Shown here: one piece after another, positions 33,988 through 42,078 of the stretch
Position numbering within the stretch: position 1 is the first letter of the stretch
Layout of the letters: every line of letters starts with the position of its first letter
From: an uncultured bacterium
Lineage (GTDB): Bacteria > Ratteibacteria > UBA8468 > B48-G9 > JAFGKM01
Direction of reading: 5' to 3'
NCBI GenBank assembly: GCA_964403465.1
Contig: CAYOFY010000006.1
Span: 1-42,078 of the forward strand
DNA: 42,078 bases
Made by a program: the position numbers and the translations under genes
The notes under the pieces: model-generated
What the model was told of the DNA's origin: nothing
The model's input: the letters and a program-made list of their open reading frames with translations, nothing else
Databases searched by the model: none

Positions 33988-35775
33988 TCACGGCAGGTTC
34001 TTGAGCTGTCTTTTGAGAAGGGAAATCTTGTATTCAATGTCAGCCGGTGTTATGAAATATTCGTGGGCCTCGGCGTGATACCCGAAATCCCTGTTCCGTC
34101 CCATGATTTCCCTGTCTCTTTCCGAGATGGAAAGTTCGTCCTCCAGCAGTTCTTTCAACAATCTTCCCGTGCCTGCGGTTTTTGCCCTGTATTTCTTCAG
34201 AAGGTCATAGAACCTGATGATGTTCATGGTGGACATGATGAGCAGTGATATGTGCACGGCCATATCCGTCTCTTTTTGATACCGTGCGGCTCTCCACTGC
34301 CCTGCGCCTTCTTCAAGCACGGCCACGCCCTTTTCCCATTCCATGAGGAGTTTTTTCAGAACTTTTGTAACAAACCCTGCGGTGAAAGGCGCAATCCATG
34401 CCCCGGTGCTGTCCCCCGCGGCGATATGTCCCCGGCCATCCCTGGGAAGAGGAAGCCAGGACGGTATGGAGCCGATTTCCTTTGCTGAAAGGTCAAAGGG
34501 ATAAGCCGTCGCATAGTTGATGGGCGAGTAGTAAAGAAAAGGGATGCTGAAAGGGTAGGTCTTCCATGCCGCAGAGAAGAGTTTCCATGCCCTTGCGACG
34601 CAGTCTGCCGGTCCCGGCCCGAATTCCTCAACAGCAACCTCTCTCACTGCCTGCGCCGGCGAAAGGAGCGGATTGGTGGACATCCTGCCTGCAACCTTGC
34701 TCATGGCAGATACGTTTCCCCCGAATATCCAGCAGCCCAGGTACCCGTCAACACCCATCTTTTTCATCCTGTCCAGTTTCTCGGCAAGTATGTAAGGAAC
34801 CGGGATATACGGGACCGTTACAAGTTCGTGGGTTGCACCTGTCTGCAGTTTTGCAGTCACCCGCATCCCCCTTTTTTTTGCCTGATGAAACAGATTCTTG
34901 AATCTCGGGGAGGGGCCGGTGTATGAAAAACTGTATTCGTCAATCTCCAGCCGCTTGTGCATGACTGTTTTGAAAGCGCCCCGTTCAAAATCCGCCTGTA
35001 TGATTACATCCTTCGGGAGTTGCGAGAGAAGTTTTTTCTGCGGCTCGGGTTCAAGTATGTACCACGACCAGTTCCACGCAATAACCTCCGCTCCCGGGCT
35101 GGCATCCTTTATCCCCCTGTTTACCAGGGTTATTATCTCGGAGGCGACGTCTGAAGGGTGCCGTTCTGCGCACCTTTGACAGTTAAAAGACTGTTTTGCC
35201 CATTCTTCCATGAAAGGGTCGTTGAACTTTTTCTGCCACCTGGGGAAGTGAGAATAACAGTGGGTATGAAATTCGCTGGCAGTTATCATGAAGACTCCAC
35301 CCAGTCCGGGCACCTTGCGAAACACGTTGTAACTGCTCTGGCAAAGGAAATCCTTTACCTTTTGGGTGCTTGAACAAAGCGCGGAGTACCTGCCGCTGTG
35401 TTCTCCGGTTCCGGGAAAATCGGCCGGCTGTCCTCTGACATCCTCGTTATTCTTCCAGAAGGGGTCGTTTTCCCTGAAGCCCCGCGGCTCGCAGAGATAG
35501 AGGAAGACCCTGATACCGTATGCAGCCGCCTTCTCCACCAGTCTGTTGAGAGCGGGTATCTGCTCATGCTTTTTCTTTCCGAACTCCGGGAATGCATCGC
35601 AGGCGACTATGTCTCTGAGGACGCAGTGCAGCCATACCGCGTTGAATCCCTCATCTGCTATCTCCTTGAGATAACTGTCCGGATGAGTCCTGCAGGAATC
35701 CTCAATTTCTCGTCCGTAAAAATTGCTCCATGGCGAGCGTATTATCCTTATCTCAAAGGTCTCCTTCATTTTCAT
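33988..35775 (-). CDS. Hypothetical protein, probable glycoside-hydrolase-like TIM barrel
   Basis: YLKEIADEGFNAVWL, LVEKAAAYGIRVFLY, EVIAWNWSW and GVDGYLGCW; GGAGG RBS; carbohydrate-gene context. Confidence 0.6.
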   Translation of the reverse strand: MKMKETFEIRIIRSPWSNFYGREIEDSCRTHPDSYLKEIADEGFNAVWLHCVLRDIVACDAFPEFGKKKHEQIPALNRLVEKAAAYGIRVFLYLCEPRGFRENDPFWKNNEDVRGQPADFPGTGEHSGRYSALCSSTQKVKDFLCQSSYNVFRKVPGLGGVFMITASEFHTHCYSHFPRWQKKFNDPFMEEWAKQSFNCQRCAERHPSDVASEIITLVNRGIKDASPGAEVIAWNWSWYILEPEPQKKLLSQLPKDVIIQADFERGAFKTVMHKRLEIDEYSFSYTGPSPRFKNLFHQAKKRGMRVTAKLQTGATHELVTVPYIPVPYILAEKLDRMKKMGVDGYLGCWIFGGNVSAMSKVAGRMSTNPLLSPAQAVREVAVEEFGPGPADCVARAWKLFSAAWKTYPFSIPFLYYSPINYATAYPFDLSAKEIGSIPSWLPLPRDGRGHIAAGDSTGAWIAPFTAGFVTKVLKKLLMEWEKGVAVLEEGAGQWRAARYQKETDMAVHISLLIMSTMNIIRFYDLLKKYRAKTAGTGRLLKELLEDELSISERDREIMGRNRDFGYHAEAHEYFITPADIEYKISLLKRQLKNLP

Positions 35776-35853
35776 GAAAACTTCCTCCTGAAAAATGCGG
35801 TCAATCCCACCAATCTTAAAATAAATCTCGGGGTTTGTCCAGTGGGCCGGTCA

Positions 35854-38193
35854 TCACTCCTGGATAAACTCCATATGCCAGTCAATCTCTGCCCTTCGGA
35901 AAGAGAGCGAAAGGAAAGCGATGCCTCCATCACATCTGACGGCAGAAGATGCCTCCTTGACCCTGTACCCGCCGGGGATGAAGATGGCGAGAGTTCCTGT
36001 ATCTCCCTTTTGCCTGACAGCTCTTCCCTGCAGCACATGTCTTCTCCTGTCGTACCGCACCGAGTCAAGTTCAACCGCCCCCTGCGTGATATGCATGTCG
36101 GTTGAAAGTATAAAGGGATGCGACGGCACTTTCCGGATCATGAGAAGCCTGGTTGTCACAGGAGCCATGTGCATTTTCAGGGAACCCCTGCATATCCCGA
36201 GAAATTTCTTTGACCAGAATTCGTATACGAGATACGCTTTGTCCCTTTCCAGTTTCAGGGATGCGAAATCCACGGTGATTTCCGAGGCCTTTTCTGCCAG
36301 ATTGAACAAACCGACCACCTCCCAATTGCTCCATCCTGTTTTGACAGGGAGATGCCAGATTTGAGGATATGATGACGGGTATGTATGAGCAAAGAGGTCA
36401 ACTGGCCTTGCCGCTTTGCCGTAAGGAGGAATGCAGACCGAAAGGGTTTTCCACCGTTCTTCCGCGAGGGAGGGAAGACTGTCTCCGAGGAAGACCTGTC
36501 CTCCGGAAAGGGCAACCAGCGAAATCCTTATTCTTGCTTCTTCCGTATCTCCGGGCAGCCCGGCTTCCGCAACATCGGGGTTGAGCAATATTAGTTTTCT
36601 GTGCAGGAAATACCGGGAGATGAGCGTGGTTGCGTTACGCCGGAAATAATCAAGATTTTCCGTTCGGCCCTCAACATTCCTGTCCAGGGAAAAACCGGTA
36701 TTTCCTATGTCGCAGGCGCTCATGCTCGTTGAGCCCATGCCGAAACCGAGGTTAATCGGATTTGAACACCAGTATATATAGTCGTTTTTCAGGGTTTGAG
36801 AAACGAGGGCAAGCCCCCTGCGGTAGACTTCAGCCCCTTTGACCGCATTCCTGTCATGGTAGACTGCCTCCGGGCTGTTATCGGCAATCCCCCAGGTGAA
36901 ATCTATCTTCCAGTATCTGATACCCGATTTTCTCAGTTCCATGAGGAATTTCTTTATGAACCTGCGTGCGCCGGGATGCGTTGGGTCCAGGTAATATATG
37001 CGTTCTTTCGGAGGCCATGACCACCTGTAAGGCATTTCAAGAGGTTTTCCGCACCTGTCCTGTATCATGTATTCGGGATGCTCTCTGAACACCGGGGAAG
37101 ACTCCAGTACGGTGAAAAGACCGAGCCATAAACCGGGCCTGTATCCCATACGGTTCAGTCTTTTCGAGAGCCATTTCAGTCCGTGTGGAAACCGTTCGTT
37201 GGTTTCTGTCCATTGCCCGCAGATGTCTTTATACTGCCACCCGTGGTCAATCTGGATGTATGAAAAGTTAAAGCCGGGAAATCTTTTCCTGATGCATCGC
37301 GCGTTCTTCAGGATCTCTTCCTCACCTATCTTCAACCGGTATGCGTACCATGAGCACCATCCGAGCGGAACAGACTGCGGAAGTCTCACCTTCATTTCCC
37401 TGCCGGCGAGCGCAGCATATTTCTCGAGACCTTCAAAGGGAGAGTCATAAAATCCCAGGAAGAACTTTTCCGAAGAGATTGCTTCCCCCGGCTTGAGCGA
37501 ATAACCGGCAAAGTTGCATGATGCCCATCCCGAGAGGGTGTTTCCTTTCGCGTCATGGAGCCATACGACGTTGTTTATTGTTCTATACGCAGTCAGGAAA
37601 GACGCTATCATGGAGGTGTTGTCTGCGGGTGAAAATAATGCGCTTATGCCTCCTGCGCTGTTGTGGAATCCGGGAAACGGTTTCCTTATGTTGCCATATC
37701 TGCGTGATACAAGGTTTTTCTCTTCCCCGGGCAGCAGTTCCCATTGCTCCCTGCAGGGAGCGGTGCTTTCAATGTCAACCGCGCCCGTCCACCAGCCGCC
37801 TCCGCTGTCAACAAAGACCTTCAGCCCTTTCGTTCCCGCCGCGTTGCGCGTGACACGCGGAAATTCCGCAAGATGCAAAGGGCCGAGCAGAAGGTCTGCG
37901 CTGGAAAGGTTCCTGAGTTTCAACTGCATGATGAGGTAGTGGCTCCCGCGGGGGCAGTCTAACCTGAGAGAGGCGGCAAACTGCCGGGATTTTTCCTTAA
38001 GGAGAGCAGTTTCTCCGGTTTCCCGGAAATTGATTGACCGTTTACGGATATCGCCCCCGAAGAGGCCAACCCATATGCCGTTGATATATATTCTGGTGCT
38101 GAGATCGTCCAGCATGAACGGCGTGTTGAAGGGGACAACAATCTGCCATTTGCCCTGCGGATTGATTTCAAGAGATAAAGTCTTTTTCGGCAT
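35854..38193 (-). CDS. Alpha-galactosidase-like glycoside hydrolase (GH36/GH27 clan D)
   Basis: GWCSWY, IQIDHGWQ, RFPHGLK, GLW, LDPTHP, YWKIDF (nucleophile) and NPD. Confidence 0.85.
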   Translation of the reverse strand: MPKKTLSLEINPQGKWQIVVPFNTPFMLDDLSTRIYINGIWVGLFGGDIRKRSINFRETGETALLKEKSRQFAASLRLDCPRGSHYLIMQLKLRNLSSADLLLGPLHLAEFPRVTRNAAGTKGLKVFVDSGGGWWTGAVDIESTAPCREQWELLPGEEKNLVSRRYGNIRKPFPGFHNSAGGISALFSPADNTSMIASFLTAYRTINNVVWLHDAKGNTLSGWASCNFAGYSLKPGEAISSEKFFLGFYDSPFEGLEKYAALAGREMKVRLPQSVPLGWCSWYAYRLKIGEEEILKNARCIRKRFPGFNFSYIQIDHGWQYKDICGQWTETNERFPHGLKWLSKRLNRMGYRPGLWLGLFTVLESSPVFREHPEYMIQDRCGKPLEMPYRWSWPPKERIYYLDPTHPGARRFIKKFLMELRKSGIRYWKIDFTWGIADNSPEAVYHDRNAVKGAEVYRRGLALVSQTLKNDYIYWCSNPINLGFGMGSTSMSACDIGNTGFSLDRNVEGRTENLDYFRRNATTLISRYFLHRKLILLNPDVAEAGLPGDTEEARIRISLVALSGGQVFLGDSLPSLAEERWKTLSVCIPPYGKAARPVDLFAHTYPSSYPQIWHLPVKTGWSNWEVVGLFNLAEKASEITVDFASLKLERDKAYLVYEFWSKKFLGICRGSLKMHMAPVTTRLLMIRKVPSHPFILSTDMHITQGAVELDSVRYDRRRHVLQGRAVRQKGDTGTLAIFIPGGYRVKEASSAVRCDGGIAFLSLSFRRAEIDWHMEFIQE

Positions 38194-38195
38194 TT

Positions 38196-39173
38196 TTATA
38201 CATTTCCAAGATGGCGGTCAAGCCATCGGTATACCTTTGTATTTACTGCCGGCACGCAGAGATGCCCCTTTTTATGCCTGATTGTTTTCAAGGAATCTTC
38301 CGCACCCAGCATTCTGTACACCGGTTTCACCGCTTCAATGTAAGGCATGCTTCTTGCCCCGTCTTCGCTTTCCCCACATACGAGAAGGAATGCCCGCGGG
38401 GCGATAAGGGAAATGATCTGGTGATGGTCCATATCTTTTTTCCCCTTTATTCCAGCACCCAGGTACCAGGGCGCATCCCAGTTTGAAAAACCTATGCCTA
38501 TCCCCGGTTCGTTACATACGCATGCATTGATGCGCTCGTCAAAAGCAGCAAGATAAAGTGATTCCTTTGCGCCGAGGGAAAAACCGATACAGCCCATGCG
38601 GTTTCTGTCCACGAAGGCATATTGCTCAAGGATGTCAACCGCTATCATCCCGTCGGAAAGCATCTTTGTCATGCCTATCCAACCCGGGTTATATCTTTGC
38701 ACCTTCCTTACCAGTTCCTTCCGTCTTGCCGCGATGTCGTGGGGCGCGGGCATCTCTTCGTTGCCGTAGATGAAACACCGGGGGCTGATTGTAACGTACC
38801 CCCTCCGGGCGAGATGGAGAGCCGTATACCTTGACGGAGGGACACTTCTGTCCAGCCCTGCCGGTTCGTCAATGTTTGAATCCTCTGTTGAATGGAAGAC
38901 CACGACGGCAGGCATCTTCCTTCTTATCCTCTGTGGCCGGATAACATACGCCTCGGCGTGGAAGGATGTTCCCGTGGCATACCGTATCTTCTGCCGGATA
39001 AGAGCTCCCCTTTTTTCTTCCGAAATGACCCGTATTTCCATATCGCCGGCATGTCCGGGCAGTTTCCCGAGATAAACAAGCCATTTTTCGCGGAATTTCC
39101 TGCGTATCCGGCTCCATTCTTCCAGGTTATCAAACTGCGGCAGAAACGGAATTCTTTCACCTTTCATATTCAT
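38196..39173 (-). CDS. Alpha/beta hydrolase (dienelactone hydrolase/acetyl-esterase-like)
   Basis: PAVVVFH, LARRGY, GCIGFSLGAK nucleophile elbow, LAAFDERI, LIAPR and GH. Confidence 0.85.
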   Translation of the reverse strand: MNMKGERIPFLPQFDNLEEWSRIRRKFREKWLVYLGKLPGHAGDMEIRVISEEKRGALIRQKIRYATGTSFHAEAYVIRPQRIRRKMPAVVVFHSTEDSNIDEPAGLDRSVPPSRYTALHLARRGYVTISPRCFIYGNEEMPAPHDIAARRKELVRKVQRYNPGWIGMTKMLSDGMIAVDILEQYAFVDRNRMGCIGFSLGAKESLYLAAFDERINACVCNEPGIGIGFSNWDAPWYLGAGIKGKKDMDHHQIISLIAPRAFLLVCGESEDGARSMPYIEAVKPVYRMLGAEDSLKTIRHKKGHLCVPAVNTKVYRWLDRHLGNV

Positions 39174-39196
39174 ATATATCCTTTTGCTATTGTCCG

Positions 39197-39233
39197 TTTA
39201 TTGTCAACCTTGCCTGAATTTTATTGTCAACCT
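39197..39233. promoter_or_regulatory. 14-bp direct repeat (candidate operator or tandem -35 elements)
   Basis: TTTATTGTCAACCT at 39197-39210 and 39220-39233; each copy reads TTGACA on the minus strand. Confidence 0.5.
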
Positions 39234-39266
39234 CTGAATAAAACAAGAGCAACGGTTTTCAAAACA

Positions 39267-39989
39267 TCAACCTGTCAGCAGGGACAAAGCCCGGAACGTA
39301 CCGAGCACGCCTATGAGTATTATGACTAAAACTATAATCCTGCCGAATTTTTCTTCGGGCAGAAGATTCTTTATCATGATGCCGAGCAACGTTCCTATCA
39401 GGGCAGGGAGAAACGCAAATAGGGATATCTTCAGGTTTGGCACATTGAAAAGACCGTTGGTGAAATAAAGAATGATTCCGAGCGTGCCGGAGAAGGCGAA
39501 ACATCCTGCCAGCGTGGCCCTGAATTCATCTTTCCTAAGCCCCAGCGCCATCATGAGGAATATGAGCGGCGGACCTCCCATTGCCGCGGCCCCATTGAGG
39601 AACCCGCTTGCCAGCCCTGCGGTGATAAGTGTCGGCTTGTTCTCCCTGACAGGAGGTCTGAATCCTGCAAGGAAAAACATGCCGAGTATAAGGGTAACCA
39701 CTGCTATGAGGAGGCGGATTAAGTTCTGGTCAAGGAATTTCAACGCGAGGGTTCCGGCTGGCACTCCGATGAAGGAACTCAGGGATATGACCGTCACCTT
39801 GTTCCATTCTATCCTGTTGCGCACCTCAAGAAGAACGACGAAATTAAGCAGGAAACTTACCAGTGAAAAGGACGGTACTATGAATCTCGGTTCGTAAAGC
39901 AGTGTGAGCAGGGGGACGGCAAAAAGGCCCCCTCCGAAACCTCCGAGAGATTGCACCAGCGAAGACAGAAAGAAAATCAAGTAGGTCAT
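39267..39989 (-). CDS. TauE/SafE (TSUP) family membrane transporter
   Basis: GGFGGGL..VP.L, GVPAG, SGFL.G...MGGPP and FRATL. Confidence 0.88.
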   Translation of the reverse strand: MTYLIFFLSSLVQSLGGFGGGLFAVPLLTLLYEPRFIVPSFSLVSFLLNFVVLLEVRNRIEWNKVTVISLSSFIGVPAGTLALKFLDQNLIRLLIAVVTLILGMFFLAGFRPPVRENKPTLITAGLASGFLNGAAAMGGPPLIFLMMALGLRKDEFRATLAGCFAFSGTLGIILYFTNGLFNVPNLKISLFAFLPALIGTLLGIMIKNLLPEEKFGRIIVLVIILIGVLGTFRALSLLTG

Positions 39990-40011
39990 CTGGCTATTTC
40001 AGATAGTTGCG

Positions 40012-41199
40012 TCATCCTTCGACATACATGTCCCATCTGTCAACCGCAACCGGCAGAGGATGGTTAACCTCTATTGATTTCATGGCGAGGTTTGCCAGGT
40101 ACGTCGCCCTGTATCCGGCAATTGCATCGCAAGGGACAGGAGTGTTGTAAAGGACTGCGTTGACAAAACCGTTGAAGGATTCTTCCACCCCGCAATCATA
40201 CAGAAGGTTATTCCACTCTTTTCTCAGATTCCTGGAATTCCGAGCCCTTTGGTTGTGTTTTTCCAGGTACCCCGCCAGTCCCTCCCTGTCGCTCGCCTTT
40301 TCATAAGCGTCAACTGCCGGAGGGAAGAATTCGCGCTCTATCCCCGGCCGTCCGTAATACTGGTTTTCGACGTAAGACTCCATCCTGAACAATGCACCAC
40401 CACAGGCAATCTCATACATCTCCTTGGGGTAGTCAAAGGAACCGTTGGGAGAGGAGGTGATTGTCGCCGCATTACCGCTCTGAAACGAGAGATAGATACC
40501 GAACCTCATCCGCGCCGAACCCCATGCGTGTATTTCAACAGGCCTGTCGCTGTCAAAGAGCCAGCATGGCAGGTCCACCCAGTGCACCGCTTCCCCGATA
40601 ATAAGCCCGCCGCCTGTGTAAGGGTCAAGGTGTACCATGCGGAAACTTGAACTCTCGTCCTGGATTCGGATGAGGAAATCCGTTATTTTTTCTTCTATCA
40701 ATTTCTCGCGAGGGTTTTCAATATACTGCCACGGCTGATGCCGGGGGTTTTCCCTGTGCTTCAGCCACTCTCTTTTCAGGGCGACCATCGCCGGAGCCGA
40801 GCGCCGGTTGTAGTTGACGCAGAGCTTAATACTGCTTTTCTTGAGCGCACGCAGAATGTCGTAACAGTCTCTTTCAGATACTGCCAGCGGCTTTTCACAG
40901 AAGACGTGTTTGCCGTTTTGCGCCGCTGTTTCTATTATCGGAACCCTTGCCGAATGCGAGGTGGCTATGAGGACAATGTCAACTTCCGGGTCTGTCAGCA
41001 CGTCCATGAATGAAGAAGTGACCTGTTCAGCGTTGAACTCCCGCGCGTATGATTTTGCATTTTCTCCGGATATATCGCATGCCCACTTGATTCTTGAGAT
41101 ATGCGGATTTTTGGAGGCTATCCGTCCGTGCCACTGGCGGGCAAACCCTCCGCATCCTATCTGTCCCGCAACAAGTTCCTTTTTCATATTATCCTTCAA
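40012..41199 (-). CDS. Gfo/Idh/MocA-family oxidoreductase
   Basis: IGCGGFA, DPEVDIV.IAT, GKHVFCEKPLA, NYNRR.AP and GGG.IIGE.VH..D. Start could be 41190. Confidence 0.9.
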   Translation of the reverse strand: MKDNMKKELVAGQIGCGGFARQWHGRIASKNPHISRIKWACDISGENAKSYAREFNAEQVTSSFMDVLTDPEVDIVLIATSHSARVPIIETAAQNGKHVFCEKPLAVSERDCYDILRALKKSSIKLCVNYNRRSAPAMVALKREWLKHRENPRHQPWQYIENPREKLIEEKITDFLIRIQDESSSFRMVHLDPYTGGGLIIGEAVHWVDLPCWLFDSDRPVEIHAWGSARMRFGIYLSFQSGNAATITSSPNGSFDYPKEMYEIACGGALFRMESYVENQYYGRPGIEREFFPPAVDAYEKASDREGLAGYLEKHNQRARNSRNLRKEWNNLLYDCGVEESFNGFVNAVLYNTPVPCDAIAGYRATYLANLAMKSIEVNHPLPVAVDRWDMYVEG

Positions 41200-41929
41200 G
41201 AAGTTTCTTCATCTTTTTCAGTATCATCTCTTTTGCGGCGTTGCCGTATTCCATGCTGGCCTTTTTCGCACCTGCGCTGTACCATTTCTTTTCCGAGAAC
41301 CTTTTCATATCAACGCCTTCGGGGCAGAATGCCATCATGAGGGATGTCTCCTGCTGGCTTGCATGGTCTATGGGGAACTTTTTCTGGGTATCCCCGTCCA
41401 TGAAAGGATGGACCTTGATCCAGTTGAACGGGTCAGAACCCTTCTCGTGCATTGAGTAATAATCCTTCATGCTCTCGTTTCCCCACCAGCCCTCTCCTCG
41501 TTCTTTCTCTATGTATTCAAAGATGGCTTCCCTTGCGGCAAACCTGAAGGCGAGGTCAGTGGGCATGCCTGCCGCGAAATTCTCGCTCTGGTGGTGTATG
41601 AAGACGTGCATGTTCCGGAGTCCCACCCTCAGCATGCCCCTGAATATGTCTTTTGCCAGCAGGTATACGGAATGGCTTGTCACGTGTATGGTGCCGTTAT
41701 TCTCCGGGGGTTCAACGGCATAACTTGCCGCCCCATAGTAAAACGGCGGGCATATGACGATATCCATCTCCTTTTCAAGGATTTCCAGCGCCCTCACAAT
41801 CAACAGGGTGTCAACCCCGAAGACCGCGTGTTCGGAATGGTACTCAAGAACGCCCGCAGGAAGCACAACAGGAGTATTCTTTTTGATTGCCTCTCTTAAC
41901 TGTCCGGCAAACATCATCTCGTATCTCAT
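41189..41929 (-). CDS. Creatininase-family amidohydrolase
   Basis: LP.G.LEYH.EH...GVD, HHQSE and DHA...ETS. Start moved to ATG 41929 (GGAGG RBS). Confidence 0.85.
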   Translation of the reverse strand: MRYEMMFAGQLREAIKKNTPVVLPAGVLEYHSEHAVFGVDTLLIVRALEILEKEMDIVICPPFYYGAASYAVEPPENNGTIHVTSHSVYLLAKDIFRGMLRVGLRNMHVFIHHQSENFAAGMPTDLAFRFAAREAIFEYIEKERGEGWWGNESMKDYYSMHEKGSDPFNWIKVHPFMDGDTQKKFPIDHASQQETSLMMAFCPEGVDMKRFSEKKWYSAGAKKASMEYGNAAKEMILKKMKKLLEG

Positions 41930-41994
41930 TGCAATTCCTCCTTTACCCCAAACTCTCGAAAAGCGTGAAATGTGAGATGTCAAACGACGCTTTT

Positions 41995-42078
41995 TGTCGT
42001 TGCGAGAGCCGATTTCATCGGCTCGTGGCAATCCCCGCCACTCTTTTGTCATTGCGAGGGACGAAGTCCCGTGGCAAT
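41995..42078. repeat. Tandem REP-like palindromic units
   Basis: TGTCGTTGCGA-GAGCCGAT-TTC-ATCGGCTC-GTGGCAATC (41995-42033) and TGTCATTGCGA-GGGAC-GAA-GTCCC-GTGGCAAT (42047-end): conserved flanks with different inner hairpins. Confidence 0.75.

Noticed and set aside
1164-41975. Many overlapping or antisense ORFs in the track (e.g. 1694-2434, 12350-13234, 15918-16829, 17797-18531, 32735-33667)
   Set aside because: They lie opposite or within well-supported genes and show no recognisable motifs, so they are treated as shadow ORFs.
41930-42052. N-terminal extension of the creatininase-like ORF
   Set aside because: It runs through REP-like repeats, and ATG 41929 has a good GGAGG RBS.

Overview
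A 42-kb chromosomal window from what looks like an anaerobic, sugar-fermenting bacterium; the lineage cannot be determined from the sequence alone. The main feature is an 18-gene minus-strand operon (17683->4282). It encodes an AsrA/AsrB (HydB/HydG, FlxB/FlxA)-like NAD(P)H/flavin module, a DmsB/HydN-type Fe-S protein, a complete group 4 [NiFe]-hydrogenase core (NuoH/B/C/D/I-like), three antiporter-like subunits, a full Mrp/Mbh-type small-subunit set and a HypA lacking its Zn finger. A near-perfect Rex/CRP-type palindrome sits against its first start codon. An AbiEi/AbiEii type IV toxin-antitoxin (TA) pair with its own consensus promoter separates hypA from a HypB-HycI (GTPase-endopeptidase) fusion gene, followed by an AAA_14/DUF4143 ATPase and a MazEF-type TA pair cut by the window edge. 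The rest contains an MFS transporter, an MBL hydrolase, queE/queC, an ECF sigma/zinc anti-sigma/trxB unit, an AT-rich TaqI-like restriction-modification cassette, hisB, xerC/D, a NagB-deacetylase fusion and carbohydrate-catabolic genes. Non-coding signals include two ERIC-like hairpin elements that each carry the same 57-bp palindromic cassette at different positions, other REP-like repeats, several apparently leaderless genes and an apparent scarcity of TCGA sites. All product calls come from motif recognition, not database searches.
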